Shown: positions 1 to 12,880 of the stretch, piece after piece
How positions within the stretch are numbered: position 1 is the stretch's first letter
Layout of the letters: the number at the start of each line of letters is the position of its first letter
Source of the DNA: Callorhinchus milii
Taxonomy: Eukaryota
Assembly: GCF_018977255.1 (NCBI RefSeq)
Contig: NW_024704743.1
Span: 50,780,001 to 50,844,000 of the forward strand
Length of the DNA stretch: 64,000 nucleotides
Reading direction: 5' to 3'
The notes under the pieces: generated by a model
Database searches by the model: none
The model's input: only the letters and a program-made list of their open reading frames with translations
What the model was told of the DNA's origin: nothing
Program-made: the position numbers and the translations under genes

Positions 1-13
1 CTGTTAATTGTAG

Positions 14-225
14 TTACTGTGTAATTGTGGACAAACACTGCAGCCAATTTGCACACAGTAATGTCCAACCATCAATCATGAGATGAATGATCAATTTGTC
101 TGGGGGATTGATGGCCAGGGCACCCTCTTCTCTTTTCAGATTTTTTACAATTTCTTTACAGTTTCTTTGACACTTGCAGTCAGGACCTTGGTTTAACATC
201 TCATCTGAAGGACAGCACCTCTGAT
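14..225 (-). mobile_element. Decayed Deu-domain SINE fragment
   Basis: Reverse complement matches the Deu-type core (ggtttaacatctcatctgaaggacagcacc) and the shared 3' half (gcagccaatttgcacacag) of other copies in the window. Confidence 0.7.
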
Positions 226-508
226 GAGAAGTTATTGTGTCTAGTTTGGATACCCATGGAAATCTCTGCTATGGAAAAGCTACCCTAAAAATACCATTGG
301 GCTAATTCAAGGGATGAGAAATTTTAGTTATGTGGAGACACTTGAAAAATTGGAAATGCTTCTATTGAAGCAGAAAAGGTTAAAGAATGCATCTAATAGA
401 AATGTATTTGACAAATATATTTGATAGAGTAAATAGAACAGACTATTTCCATTGATTGGTGTCAAAGAAACAAGAGGAAATAAACTGAAAACCGTCATTT
501 GAAGAGAA

Positions 509-831
509 AATAATAAAAAAATAATAATCCTTGCATTTGATATAGTGCTTTTTCACGCCTCCTAGACGTCTCAAAGCGCTTCACAGAATTTAATGTAAAG
601 TGAATTGACCGTATATTTGTGGGCGAAACGCGGTAGCCAATAGTGCACAGCAATGTCCCACAAATAGTTGTGGATTGAAAATGACCAATTTATTATTGTT
701 TTGTTTTGGAGGGATTATTATTAGGCATGTGGAGTAAGGAAACTTGCCCAAGGTTTCGCCCTGACTGGAATTGAAGCCAGGTGTCAAGCTTGCAAGGTGA
801 GTGCTCTAACCACAGAGCTACAGGACTCCAC
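509..831 (-). mobile_element. tRNA-derived SINE, short variant
   Basis: Full-length match to the copy at 15529, with A/B-box head and (taa)n tail. Confidence 0.9.
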
Positions 832-861
832 AGGAGAAACTCAGAATTGTTTTTCACAGAA

Positions 862-1135
862 TCTTCGCATGAGATGTTAAATCAAGGTCTCATCTGCCTG
901 TTCAGATGGACGTTAAAGATCTCATAGTGCTACTCAAAAAGAGAAAGGAGTTCCTCCCTGTGTCCCTAGTCCCCCAAATAAAATTGGTCATTCACCTGAC
1001 AGCTGTGTGGGGCATTGCTGTGAGCAAATTAGCACTGCGTAGGCATACAGAATACAGACACCACACTTTAGAGTAAATCCTGTGACGTGCTTTAAGATGT
1101 GAAAAGTGCTATATCAAAGGTAATAATTATTATTA
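862..1135 (+). mobile_element. Deu-domain SINE, 5' truncated
   Basis: atgagatgttaaatcaaggtctcatctgcctgttcagatggacgttaaagatc Deu-type core plus shared tail. Confidence 0.8.
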
Positions 1136-2454
1136 GTTTTAGTATTAGGTACAATTCCTTCCAGAAATAGCTGTTAAAGCTGAGTCCATGCTGATTTGAA
1201 TTGGATAAATCCTTACTTTCAGATAAAAAATATTAAAAGCTACAGAGAAAGAACAGGGAAATTGAATTAGAGAACTCTATTGGGAGTTTGCAGCAGCACA
1301 GACACAAAGGGCTAAATGCCTTTTTCAGACCTATAAACTTTCTACGATTCTATAATTCTTCTCTGAAGTTCTGCCTCTTACAGACATACAATTCCATTTG
1401 TGCCAACAGTCCTGATAGTGATCTACTTGACCATCCTTTACAAAAGTATTATGTTTTAGAAGAAGTTTTAAATATCTGTTGACTGGCGCCTCTAAGTAAA
1501 GCTACATTTTTTTAAAAAGAAAAAGAATTGATATAAACTATTCAAAAACATTTATAATTGATTTATTATTATTCAAGAAGTTTTTTTAGCTGTTATTTAG
1601 AGTAAGAACGAGTAACACTTAATCTCATGTTTCCCCAGACTGTTAAAATTGGCTCTGTTTGACAGGTGGCTGCTCAGTACGGTTTTGGCTCTTGCTGAAA
1701 GCCATTACATTGGGACTGACTCATTCACTGGCTCTAGGGTCACAGACTTGTACTGTGCCACCTCCTGCTAAATGTCTCCACTGAAGACCGAAGAGGGACA
1801 CGTAACTGACAAAGTAGAGGGAGTAATTATTTTTACAATCAGCTGTTAAATGCCAATAATCAAGCCCCATTATTTTTGTTTGAAATCCAACTGTTGTCAA
1901 AACAAGGAGAAAATGAAACAATGATTTAAGCAATATGGCTTGAAGCAGCTGTTTAGGATTTTCAGGTTTCTCTCAATGGTGCTGATGTTGGAAAACTAAT
2001 TTTTGCCAAAATTTCACAGTGAATCACCTCTGGAAGAATGCATGCAAACCGAAGCTGGCATGACCGTCCCAGTCTGCTGAACCCTGAAGGTGATTTGTAT
2101 CATTACAACAAGCTCAGCGAACCACATTGTCTCTGTAAAATGCTTCCAGATATTGTCCTTTGTGAAAGGCACAACCTAAATTCAAGTTATTTTTGATTTC
2201 AAACTTACTTCTCAAGCTGATTTGATTGTTTTTAGCCTTTTCAACCAAACTGTGTTTGAATATGGGAGTCAATCGGATGGAAGAAATCACATTGAGATGA
2301 TTTTGGCATTGTTAGTCTTGGAATCAAATCAATTAGTCTCAATTAATTAGTAGTCTTAATCAACTACTAGTGTATTGGTAAGATGTTGGTTTGAGACCAG
2401 TGCACTTGCTGCAGAAGAGCTGGATTGAGACACCAGGACCTTCTAACTGGGATA

Positions 2455-2522
2455 CAACAACAACAAGATTCTATTTATTGAGCGCCTTTCACGTCGGGAG
2501 GACGTCCCAAGGCGCTGTACAG
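2455..2522 (-). mobile_element. Very short L2 LINE 3' terminus
   Basis: (caa)n tail plus agcgcctttcacgtcgggaggacgtcccaaggcgct stem-loop, as at L2 ends elsewhere in the window. Confidence 0.8.
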
Positions 2523-2672
2523 TTGAGTCAGGATATTCATGTTATTGGACTAATTTAGATTGGGGGTGGGGAGAAGAGAAATAAAAATAAGTTATATGTT
2601 AATTCTAAATGGAATAAAGGCAATGACTAATTTATCAGCATGCATGAAGTGATAATCAAAAAAACAAGCAAT

Positions 2673-3335
2673 GTGACCGATTTGCAGAACACCTCCGTTC
2701 TGTATGCAAGGTCACCCCTGATCTTCCGGTCTCCTGCCATTTCAACTCACACTCCCATTCACGGTCTGACCTCTCCATCCATGGTCTCCTACGCTGTTCC
2801 AATGATCCACAGTGAAAGCTTGAGGAACAGCATCTATTCTATCTGCTAGGGACCCTACAGCCCTCTGGCCTCAATATCGATTTCAGCCAATAACAGCTCA
2901 ACTTCCCCCCTCCCCCTCTTTCTGTTACCAGAAGAGTTATCTTCTGTTATCATTACAATCATCACCCCAGACACTTTGTCTCTCTCTGGTGTGTTGCCTA
3001 TTCTGCACCATTAACACCTCTTCTCCCCAGTTTTGCTTCAACCCACACCCACTTTTGGTGTACAACCCCCCTTTTTGTTTTACGTCACTATCACCTCTTT
3101 AACCCATCAACATTCTCTCCTTTGTTTTCTTTTTTGTCTTCTTTGTCGTCCTTTCCCTACCTCTCTCTTCAACTTGTCCTTGAAAGCCTCTCCGCCCCAG
3201 TTCTGATAAAGGGTTGTGGACCCAAAACGTTGACTCACTTTCCTTTCTCCATAGATGCTGCCTGACCTGCTGAGTGTTCCCAACTCTCTCTGTTTTTGTT
3301 TCAGATTCCAGCATCCGCAGTGCTTTGTGTTTTGT
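2673..3335 (+). mobile_element. Penelope-like retroelement 3' fragment (GIY-YIG C-terminus plus 3' region/pLTR)
   Basis: 2675-2893 translates DRFAEHLRSVCK...CHFNSHSH...*KLEEQHLFYLLGTLQPSGLNIDFS with one in-frame stop; downstream is a hammerhead-like motif and a gatgctgcctgacctgctgag end. Confidence 0.85.
3203..3232 (+). ncRNA. Degenerate minimal hammerhead ribozyme motif of a Penelope-like element
   Basis: ctgataa-a-gggtt-gtg-gaccc-aaaac-gtt against the canonical CUGANGA-stemII-GAAA core; both core boxes carry a G>A change. Confidence 0.6.
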
Positions 3336-3367
3336 TCAAGCGATGTGAAATGTTCCGTTTGATTTCA

Positions 3368-4157
3368 ATTACAACAACAAATTAAATTTGTATCACGCCT
3401 TTCATGTCAGCAGGATGTCCCAAGGAGCTGGACAGTCAGAAAATCACACCCAAGATGGTGTTTGGTATCAAGAGGGGTGGAAGGTGGGGTGGGTAGGGGT
3501 AGGAGGGTGACCATAGGCACGGCCGAAGAGGAGGGTTTTGAGACGAGTCTTGAAGGAGGCAAGGGAGGGGGCGAGGACAGAGGGACTATGGGATGGCATT
3601 CCAGAGGGTGAGGGCAGAACGGCTGGAGGCCCACCTGCCAATGGTGGGGCAGTCAAAGTGGGGCACGTGTAATGATAATATAATAATAATAATCCTTGCA
3701 TTTGTTATAGCGCTTTTCACGTCTTCTGGACAGCTCAAAGCGCTTCACAGAATATGCTGTATATTTGTGGGCGAAACGCGGCAGCCAATTGCACACAGCA
3801 ATGTCCCACAAACGGTCGTGGATTGAAAATGACCAATTTATTGTTGTTTTTTTTCGGATGGATTATTATTAGGTGTGTGGAGTAAGGAAAGTTGCCCAAG
3901 GTTTCACCCTGCATGGAAATGAACCAGCTGTCTCGCTTGCAAGGCAAGTGCTCTAACCACTGAGCTACAGGACTCCAGCCTGCTACTCCTCCTGAGTGGA
4001 GGGAGTGGACAAGTTGGTGGGGGTTTAGCAGATCACATAGGTAGGGAGGAGCAAGGCCATGGAGGTCTCTGAATGTGAGGACCAGGATCTTGAACTGTAT
4101 CCTCTGAGTCATAGGGAGCCAGTGGAGTCGGGTGAGGATGGTGGTGACAGGGTCACG
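3368..4157 (-). mobile_element. L2 LINE 3' fragment, interrupted by a SINE at 3670-3977
   Basis: ORF text [22 protein letters not shown] and SFKTRLKTLLF; (caa)n tail at about 3370. Confidence 0.9.
3670..3977 (-). mobile_element. tRNA-derived SINE, short variant, nested in L2
   Basis: Matches the SINE family; L2 sequence lies on both sides. Confidence 0.9.
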
Positions 4158-4944
4158 ATTATTTTTGAAAGGAAAGTTCCACATCCCATACAGCGTGAGA
4201 GGAATTCTTTATAGCAAACTCAATTAGTCTTAATTAATGGGAAAATAATGGTTGTGCTTTCTCGAGCAAGCGCTGTGAGATTTTGATGGGTGATGTAATC
4301 TCACAGAGGTGTACGGTTACCTCCACCTCCTATGCTCACAACTCGGACAGATGCTCCAGCTGGAGACTCCCTCCATCAGTTGCCAAATATAAAAAATACT
4401 GCAAATGGTTTCATGGAAATCATCATGCTATCAAATGTACCTCACTTGTCATCCATGATCAAACCGCACTAGTAAGAGAATTTGAGCTCCAGTCAGACAT
4501 TGAGGTTATCCCTCGGGTCACTGTGGGATATGGAAAAACATTCCATGAGCCATCATGACCTTGAAATCCACGAGAAGTGACATTGCTGGCGAATTATGCA
4601 AGACTGGGTTCTGAGTGGAATATTTTTCTGTATCCCACAGCAACACATTTTGTTTTAAGCATGTGTGTTTTATTGGAGGTTTGGAAGCTCTATTATTATT
4701 TTATTTCAGCTTTTTTTCCCCCTAAAATGTAATGACCATTACAGCTGAATTGAACGCAATCAGAAACCATAATCAACCTCCTCAGGGAAGAATAGGATAT
4801 AAAATACCCCATCACTCTGAAAAGAATTCTTTTAGAATAAATTTACAGTAAACTCACTTTCCTTGTGGATTGTAGAATAGCTGGGTTTATAGACTTGGCG
4901 GTTATGCTCAATGGTTCAATAATAATTATTTCCTTTGCCTTCCC

Positions 4945-5105
4945 TCCAATTCGCTCCCTCCCTTCATTTAAAACCCATCTCAAGACTTGCCTCTGTGACT
5001 GCTTTCAGTCATCTTTCACCCTTTCAGGTGCCCAGCAGTTTGAAGAGCTTTGAGACCCATATTCTAGATATGAAAGGTGCTATAAAATGAAAATTGCATT
5101 GTAAT
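4945..5105 (+). mobile_element. Decayed L2 3' end
   Basis: SFKTHLKTCL-like coding end and tgaaaggtgctataaaatg tail. Confidence 0.6.
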
Positions 5106-5680
5106 TGTATTTTATTTCATATAACTCTTTTCACATTGGTGGAGCATCTCAAAGCACTTCACAGCATTTACTGCAAAGTGTAGCGACTGTGGATTTTGTA
5201 GGCAACAGGTAGAAGGGGACCCCATGCTCTCCACATAGCAAGTCTATTGCTATGTACGCATTATTGTACTTTGGTACATTTTGCGAATTTATTACTTCGC
5301 TCTCATAAATAACTGCAATGCAATGTTAGCTTATAAGTAGCACTACACTATAAATTTTAAATTAATATTATATATTAAAACACAGAGTGCTGAGGCTAAC
5401 CGCAGACTGCAAGTCTGGAAGAAAGCAGCTAACCGGTAAGCAGACCTGGAGCCTTCCCCGGCTGCTAACTGGATAAACCCGGTGAGTCAAGGAGGAGGCC
5501 TTAGGCTTCTTTTGTAGTTAGGCTAATATTCCGTTGGTCCGGAAAGTGGTGATTCCAACATCTTAAAAAGATGGCAACCGTGAATACAAGCATAGCCCTC
5601 ACGGCCTACAGACACAGCTCAGGCCGGTGCTTTAAGGTGCTTCGTCCCCAAAGGTCAAGTTTTGGATCTAGTTTGCAGTG

Positions 5681-5835
5681 CTTCAAGACCTTCCTCTTCG
5701 AGCACGCCTTTGGTCACCCTCATATCCCCAATATTCTGGCCCTCCACCCTCCTGATCTCAACCCCCTACTTGGGTACAACACCTTGGACAGCCTCCTGAC
5801 GTGAAAGACGCTATACAAATGTAATTTGTTGTTAT
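5681..5835 (+). mobile_element. L2 3' end
   Basis: caagaccttcctcttcgagcacgcc ... gacgtgaaagacgctatacaaatgtaatttgttgtt. Confidence 0.8.
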
Positions 5836-5992
5836 TTCAATACATACTGCTTTACAGAATAACACCTTAATTAAATCAATGTCCTCTAAAGCCCAAAAGA
5901 CCACACTGGCTTCAAAATAATTAGCACTAAACTATCACATTCTCCTTAAAGCACCTTACAGCACTGGCTTGAGCTGTGTCTGTAGGCTAAAT

Positions 5993-6089
5993 CACATACT
6001 GCAAAATGTCACCCAAAACGTATTTGCAATGCGATGTTCTGAATTCGGCATGCTACTAATCAGGAAATCAATCTTTCACAGGATTTAAA
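5993..6089 (+). repeat. About 96-bp direct repeat, copy 1 (copy 2 at 7482-7577)
   Basis: ctgcaaaatg(t/c)cacccaaaa..tgcaatgcgatgttctga..tcagga..aatctttc.cagga is present in both copies. Confidence 0.85.
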
Positions 6090-6866
6090 AGTCCTTCTCT
6101 AAAGAGAGAAGGCATGGTAACATCTTGGGTTGGATCATTGCTGTGCATTAGCTCAGTCTAATTCTTAGGGAGCACTGGACTACTTGTTTCTACATAACTA
6201 CTTGGGTTCTCCAGTATTTCTGGAAGATGGTGTGCTCATTTCACTCCGTTTTGTCGGAAAGCCTGTAATTTATTTTAATTGACTGGGCTACCTACATTCC
6301 TGAAAGGTTCATGTCCTGACCCTTGTCATGTCATGTCTTTAAAGCACGCATGTCCTCAATAGGTATGAAAAGTCGTTCAGATTGGACTTTTACATTTAAG
6401 AGTGGTGGAAGGTCACACTTCTTGTCACTCTACAAGTTTCTTTGAAAGTGCAATTTCAATAAAGTAACACACTTTATTGTTTTAATGAAGATTACACTGT
6501 TTCAAAGAAAGGTATTGTATGAATATCAGTTTCTTCAGATCACCAGAAGTCACTTTAACAGCAAGATCTTTGTTCATTCCCTGATGCTTCTCTTACCCTC
6601 TCAGATCCTTCTGGCATGATTACATTATTAACAGTCTACAATCTAAGTGCACCATTGACTACTGACTAGACATTAAGAATGGTGCTAAACATTTACTCTG
6701 GGGGGAACAAAGGAAAAATGCAGTTAGGTAACAAATGGCATACATGCTGCAAAAATGTAATATTTCTGCACTAATGGAAGAAATAATGGGAATTGTGGAG
6801 GATCCCTATTTTGTGGATTATTTCAGAAGAATTAAGTACTCAAAAACAGATCTAAAAGATATTTGA

Positions 6867-7100
6867 GGAGAAATTTCACCTGGTTCCAGCCTTACTCTGT
6901 TTATGTAACTTGGAGCATCCAGAATTTACTAGTTTGTAAAATTCAGTCATAACTTTGAAGTCAGTTCTCTGTAGTTTCTTTAAAATAATTTAAAGAAAAA
7001 CAGCTTCAAAATTAAGGCTGCGTCTAAGAATTTGCCAAATATTGAATACTCTAAAAGGTTACTTAAATAGAGTAAATATAAATCTGGATGGAATTTCTCC
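6867..7100. mobile_element. Palindromic MITE-like element
   Basis: Ends ggagaaatttcacc / gatggaatttctcc are inverted repeats with further paired inner arms; core shared with the 55027 copy. Confidence 0.7.
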
Positions 7101-7481
7101 CCAGTGCTAGTGATAGGGTTTCTTGAATGGCTGAGAGACACTTCAGTGCTCTCCACCTTTTGAGCTGAACAGGTTTGATAGACTGAAGAGTCTCCTCCTG
7201 TTCTTATGTTCCTGAAAGCTCAGATTGGGGAACATTTCTGAGAATAATTACAATGATAACCACAATAAAAGAGTGTCTTTTTTCACCTTAAAATTATTTT
7301 AAAAAATACTTGAAGATATATTGGAAGACTATGGCATTGATGAACATTGTTGGGCCATGTTCATATTTTCCGTACAAATATTTGACTTACATTAGCTATT
7401 AGGGCCATCATCAACAGAAAAGAACATCAACACAAGACACTGAGAAGACCACAGGGGAAAGATAGCAGAAAATTATCACAA

Positions 7482-7577
7482 CACATCCTGCAAAATGCCA
7501 CCCAAAAAGTATTGCAATGCGATGTTCTGAGTTTGGCAAACTGGTAGTCAGGAGATAAATCTTTCCCAGGATATAAA
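7482..7577 (+). repeat. About 96-bp direct repeat, copy 2
   Basis: See 5993-6089. Confidence 0.85.
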
Positions 7578-7879
7578 TTCAAGCTTCTGAAATTCAGGTA
7601 CAGTATTCATAATGCTGAAGTCACATTGCTGCATCTATCGGGTAAGAGTCTCAAAAATAGATCTGTTTCAATACTGCACCAGTAATAAAGCCAGGTACAC
7701 ACCAACCTCTATACCATTTAGGGACTGATGCAAACATTCTGGAACTCAACAACCCACCGACACCATCATGGCACAAAAACCCATATTTGTCACCTGAACT
7801 GTAGGACACCAGTGAATTAATAGATTATTTCCTCACATTAATATTAGCTACCATGGCCAATCATCAGCTAAAAACACCA

Positions 7880-8392
7880 TGTGGTATGTTATTGAACCTA
7901 ACTGACCTGCAAGGTCCCAGCTTTGAGCTACATTCTCTGGCAACTGAGTTGAACTTAGTTGATGCAGTGGTAGGATGTTACCTTTGACCTTGGTATCTAT
8001 GAACTAGAAAGGGAAAAAATAATGAGGATTTCCATTTCTGATTCCTAACCAATAACCCTTCACACTGGAAAACCTGTGGTATATCAGACAAGGGCAGGAT
8101 TAACATTCCCTTTGCACTGAACAGCTGTTTTGCTTCACACCAAATACTGCATTAGCAAAGTGATTTGTGTTTAAAGCTATAAATGATTAATGATTTAATT
8201 GATAAAGACACTGCATGATTTACTGAACAATACAGAAGGTTCAAGGTTTGCTTAGTTAACTGAACAAAGTCAGAACTCAGTAAGACTGCTACAATTTGCC
8301 TCAGTATCCCTGGGCTACGGAGGGAAAAACACAATTGCCCTCAGTGTTCCTGCTTATTTGAGGACAGCATCAGGCTCAACTGGGAATTCCCA
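7880..8392 (+). mobile_element. Two adjacent decayed copies of an old SINE-like repeat (related pieces near 25530-25670 on - and 61405-61500 on +)
   Basis: Shared motifs aaggtcccag / ctacaatt(t/g)gcctcag..ccctgggct..ggagggaaaaa / gaggacag..tcaggctc; family not named. Confidence 0.5.
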
Positions 8393-9563
8393 CATCTCCC
8401 TCGCTCTCACACACTCACATATCATACAAACACACACTCATCATACAAACACACACATTACAAAAGGCTGTTGATTTGCACCATCCACTTACACACAAAA
8501 TAGAATGCTCACTTGGATGAGGTATGAGAGCATGGTGGCAGCTACAGAACTGTTCTCTAGCCTCAGAAGAGGAGGGGAGCAAATCAAAATGTAAATCAGT
8601 CCCTGATTTTTTCAGCCAAGCTGCAATGAACATTCTTTGCAGTCCACGACATACCTATGGAAAGATTTATAACACTGAAAAATCCTCTAACCAATTGCCA
8701 AGATTTGCCATGGATGCAGATTGTTTCGCAGGTCAGATTTTGAATTGCCATTACACGAAAACATACTTCACCCATCTTCTGTCTGTACACAGTTCATCAT
8801 TTGTCCCCTCTGTTTTGAATTTCTGTGATAAGAACTAATTCCAAATGAAGACTGGGCTACCCATCAATACTTCTGTTGTATCAGGGCTGGTAACTTAATA
8901 ATGATGCACCTCACCAAAGACAGGATTTTGGCCAATGCATCTGTTTCGTGAATGCAGAAAGTTGTAAGATTTCACTATCCATCATACTAAAGTATACCAA
9001 CCCATATTTCATGGCTTTCATATTTGGCTACATTTTACAGAATGAAACTTCAGAAGCAGTAATCTGAAGGGAGCAGATTACACATCAACTGGGTTTCAAA
9101 TGTTGCTGTTAGATCATTACCTGAACATCATCCAAAGATGATGTTTAATTTTAAAAATGGAGGGTAATGTTTAATGAGTTGATTTATTAAGGTTTTCTTT
9201 TGTGTCTGCATCTATGGCAACAGTTGCTATCTAAGTGGGCGGTGACAGGCAGTTCCCTCCATGCGATAGACTTGGTAAGAGATTCACACTGAAATCTAGC
9301 CACTGAAATGCCTTTACTATAACTTTGTGGAGGAACAAATTGTGGTAGATTATTCAGAAAGTCAGCAGCTATGCTGAGTAGTGCAACAAATAATAATAAT
9401 ATTCCTTACAATTGGTTTAGCGCAATTTCACACTGGGAGGACGTCTCAAAGCACTTCACTGTAAACTGGACTGATTGTGTTTTCTGGACGAATCGGCACA
9501 TTAACAGTTATTAATATTTAATAAAATATTAATATTTAATATATTATATTATTTAATATATAT

Positions 9564-10112
9564 TGCATGTTTTCATTATATCGAGGCTCGACAATGCAAA
9601 CGCCCTGCTTGTTGGCCTCCCCAACTCCTCCCTCCGCAGGCTGCAGATCATCAAGAACTCTGCAGTCTGTGTCCTCTCCTGCATTCCGCTCTGTGACCCT
9701 ATTACCCCCATCCTTGCCCAACTCCACTGGCTTCCCATCACACAGAGGATACAGTTCAAGATCCTGGTCCTCACCTTCAAAGGTCTCCACGGCTTCGCTC
9801 CCCACTACCTCTGTGACATCCTAACCCTTTACCACCCTGTTCGCTTCCCCTGCTCAGCAGGCTCTGGCCTGCTTCGCGTCCCTCGCCTCGCTCATCCCAC
9901 TATTGGTGGGCGGGCCTTCCGCCACTCCGTCCCCATCCTTGCAACTTTCAAGACCCATCTCAAGACCCTTCTCTTCTACTGTGCTTTAGATCTCCCTGCT
10001 TCCCCCCCTGCCCTCCACCCTCCCTCACCCCAACCCCCAGCTTGGGTCCGTGCCTTGGGGTGTCCACCCGATGTGAAAGGCGGTTTACAAATGTAATTTT
10101 GTTGTTGTTGTT
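9564..10112 (+). mobile_element. L2 LINE 3' fragment (ORF2 C-terminus, 3' UTR, (gtt)n tail)
   Basis: 177-aa ORF ISRLDNANALLVGLP...[15 protein letters not shown]...FKTHLKTLLF. Confidence 0.95.
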
Positions 10113-11599
10113 AATAGTTCTTATAATATCTTATACTAAGTGAGAAACAAGCTTTATTCCAGAAACAACAACATTGCTACATAATGTAGAATTTACATGA
10201 AATAGGAGAATCGAAAGGAGAACAATAAGATTACAAATGAAAGAGGGCTGGAAAGCAGGATAAAGGCTGAATATGATAGTGTCAGAAAAGTTAATTGTAT
10301 CTTAGAGAATACAATGAAGGTAGGACGGGACAGGATCTTGGAGAAATATGTGGATGAGGATCAGGGTTCAGTGCAGATATGTTGGTGAAGGCAATGTCTA
10401 ATTGAAGGGTAACCAACCACGTGTACAGTATCCTTTTCTGGGTATTCACTACATATTGAAAACGTACATTCGCCTCAGACAAAAGCTGAGTGCGGGTTGA
10501 TTTGGGTGGTTTGTGAGGCATTACATAATCGGGATAAAGAACAACAAGCATGTCATTATTAATTGAGGGCACTGCACCTTTTGGATAAGATGACAGGTTG
10601 ATTACAATTATATGGAGCTTTTGTGCCTAGCTGAGAAAAGGAGTTGGTGTTATAGAAGAAAATAGGTCTGTTTCGATTGCGTCAGTATTTCAAATAAGCC
10701 ATTTGGAGCAAATACACTGAAAACTGAAATACAAGTGTAAGATTCTCGCACCTGAAAAAGTCGAAGGCAGGTATCATACAGAGTTTTTGAGACTAGGCTA
10801 TTGTAATATCTATCCTATTCTTCAGAGCAGTATCCAGCACACAGTATTTCAATTATTTCTTGTTTGAAGACTGGATTTTTTAAAAAAAGATACGTTTGTT
10901 CACACATGATAATAAAAAGTTCTCATAAGCTGTTTATTGAAGTTTTGCAATGTACAAAGCTAGTAGGGCAGCTTGTGGCAACTAATTTTCTTTGCTCTGC
11001 AGAAAGGAATACAAAGGATGTTATACGTATAAATCTATAGACAGAGGAGAACATAGTGCTACCCTTGTGCCTGGACCTCTGTGAGCTTTATATCGTATCT
11101 GACACAAGGGTGCTTTCTTCAGTCACACAGAGACAGAACTCAATGCGATGGAAAGTGACCTTTCTTATCCACCATCACAGTGTATGATGTCAGCACAGCT
11201 CAAACACCAGACACCAACAATATTTCTTTATTCACCATCAGGACACTGTTACATTTTGCAGACAGTGAAAAGTACAGTTCAATACAGGCAGCTTTACGGT
11301 CCAGAATCTTCAAGTGAGCTCATATGGTCTGCTGGCATCATTCAGAAACCTTTTGTCACTTATTCAATTCTTTGCGATTGTGAATAATTACCCAACCAAT
11401 TAGTTAATAATATGGTCAAATAGCCCAAATTACACCTGTCTATAAGCAGACCGCTTGTCATCAACATACTGTTCATTGGACAAATCTAAAGCAGGGTTCC
11501 CATTGAACTCCCTGAGATGTGACAGCAATGTTTTAGCCCACAGCTGAGCATTAGTGATACATTGATTCTAAAAAAAAGCAGTTAAAATGGATGAATAGT

Positions 11600-11820
11600 C
11601 TAGGCAGATACTCCAGCGCAGTACAGGGGAGTTCTGCATAGTCAGGAGTAATGCCTTTTAGATGAGACAATATATCTGCCTATTCAGGCGAATGACAAAG
11701 ATTCTATGGCGCTATTTGAAAAGAGAAGGAAATGTCTCCCTTTGTCCTGGCTTATAAACTAATAGATTAATTGGTCATGACTGTTTGTGGAACCTTGTAG
11801 ACACAAATAGCTGCTACACT
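11600..11820 (+). mobile_element. Decayed Deu-domain SINE
   Basis: gatgagac..tctgcctattcagg..aagattctatggcgctatttgaaaagagaagg. Confidence 0.65.
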
Positions 11821-12431
11821 TTAGTCTGTCAGCCTGACTCAGTTTGGACTCAAGATGAGGTATAAACTATCACTTATCTAATGGAAGTAAATAACAATAG
11901 ACCGAAGGAGTAATCACAGGAATTCACCCAAACTGCAATATTTTTACAGCAGGTCCCATTTTGTGTCTGATTTGTGAATGCAGTTGCCAAAAGCAGAGAG
12001 TTTTCCTGATGAAAAATAGGAGAAACAGGATTCTTTGCAAATGAGGCAATTTGATCCTACAAAAAAATCAACATGGAACCAACATGGTTCCACTTAGTTG
12101 TGAAACTTAGTAACTAAACAACATGCTGTTTTGAAGGATGCAGGCATGTGGGGATTTGTTTGCAGCTGAATAAGGGCGAGCCAAAGCTTGACTGTGTCAC
12201 TTCTCATCAATATAGGACTCTTGGGACTGATCTTACAGACACTATGATGTTGGGAGCAAGAGAATTGACATTTGAAAGCATTCAGCCTTTCCTGGATCTC
12301 AGTAATGGCTCAGATGCTGAAATACATAGTTCTGTACATCCCAAGTACCCCAGCAATCAATCTGAGTTCATTGTTCTGCTTTTTTAGAGAAAGTTTGAAT
12401 AAACCCCAATCTTTATAAAAACAGCATTGCT

Positions 12432-12880
12432 GATAATAATAATCCTTGCGTTTGATATAATGTCTACATTGTTATAATGTCTCAAAGTAGTTTCACAATA
12501 ACTATTGTTAAGTGCATTGACTGAACATTTGTAGGCAAATACAGTAACCAATTGGCACACAATAATGGTCCATAAACAGCGAGAAGGCGAATGACTAATT
12601 CAACTGGAGGGTTGCTGGCCAGGACATCAGGAGCAATTCCCTTCTCTTTTCTAATATTATCTGCCATAATAGTGTTATGAGTTCCTTAAGATCCACTTAA
12701 TATCGAGACCTCCTTGCACTGCCACAGATCCTCACCGACACCCCACCCTGCACTGCCATTTGAAAAGCAGATGGGATCTTGGTTCATTGTCTCATCTGAA
12801 ATATGGTACCTGCAACAATTCAGTGCTTCTCCAATGGTGCACTACTGTGTCATTCTGGACTATGAGCTCAAAGTTAGTGA
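12432..12880 (-). mobile_element. Decayed Deu-domain SINE with internal insertion
   Basis: Tail ataataatccttgc, ggccaggacatcaggag and tctcatctgaaa blocks. Confidence 0.65.

Larger units (their letters stand above)
310..1359 (+). mobile_element. CR1 LINE 3' fragment, interrupted by two SINE insertions
   Basis: Translates as GMRNFSYVETLEKL..., resembling the CR1 ORF2 C-terminus. It resumes after the SINEs and ends in a ttctacgattctataattct tail. Confidence 0.7.

Noticed and set aside
1753..1770. CTCF-like motif on the minus strand
   Set aside because: Mismatches at core positions make it too weak without a matrix score
9563..10096. 177-aa ORF as a host gene
   Set aside because: It is the L2 ORF2 C-terminus running into the 3' UTR, 5' truncated, with homologous decayed copies in the window
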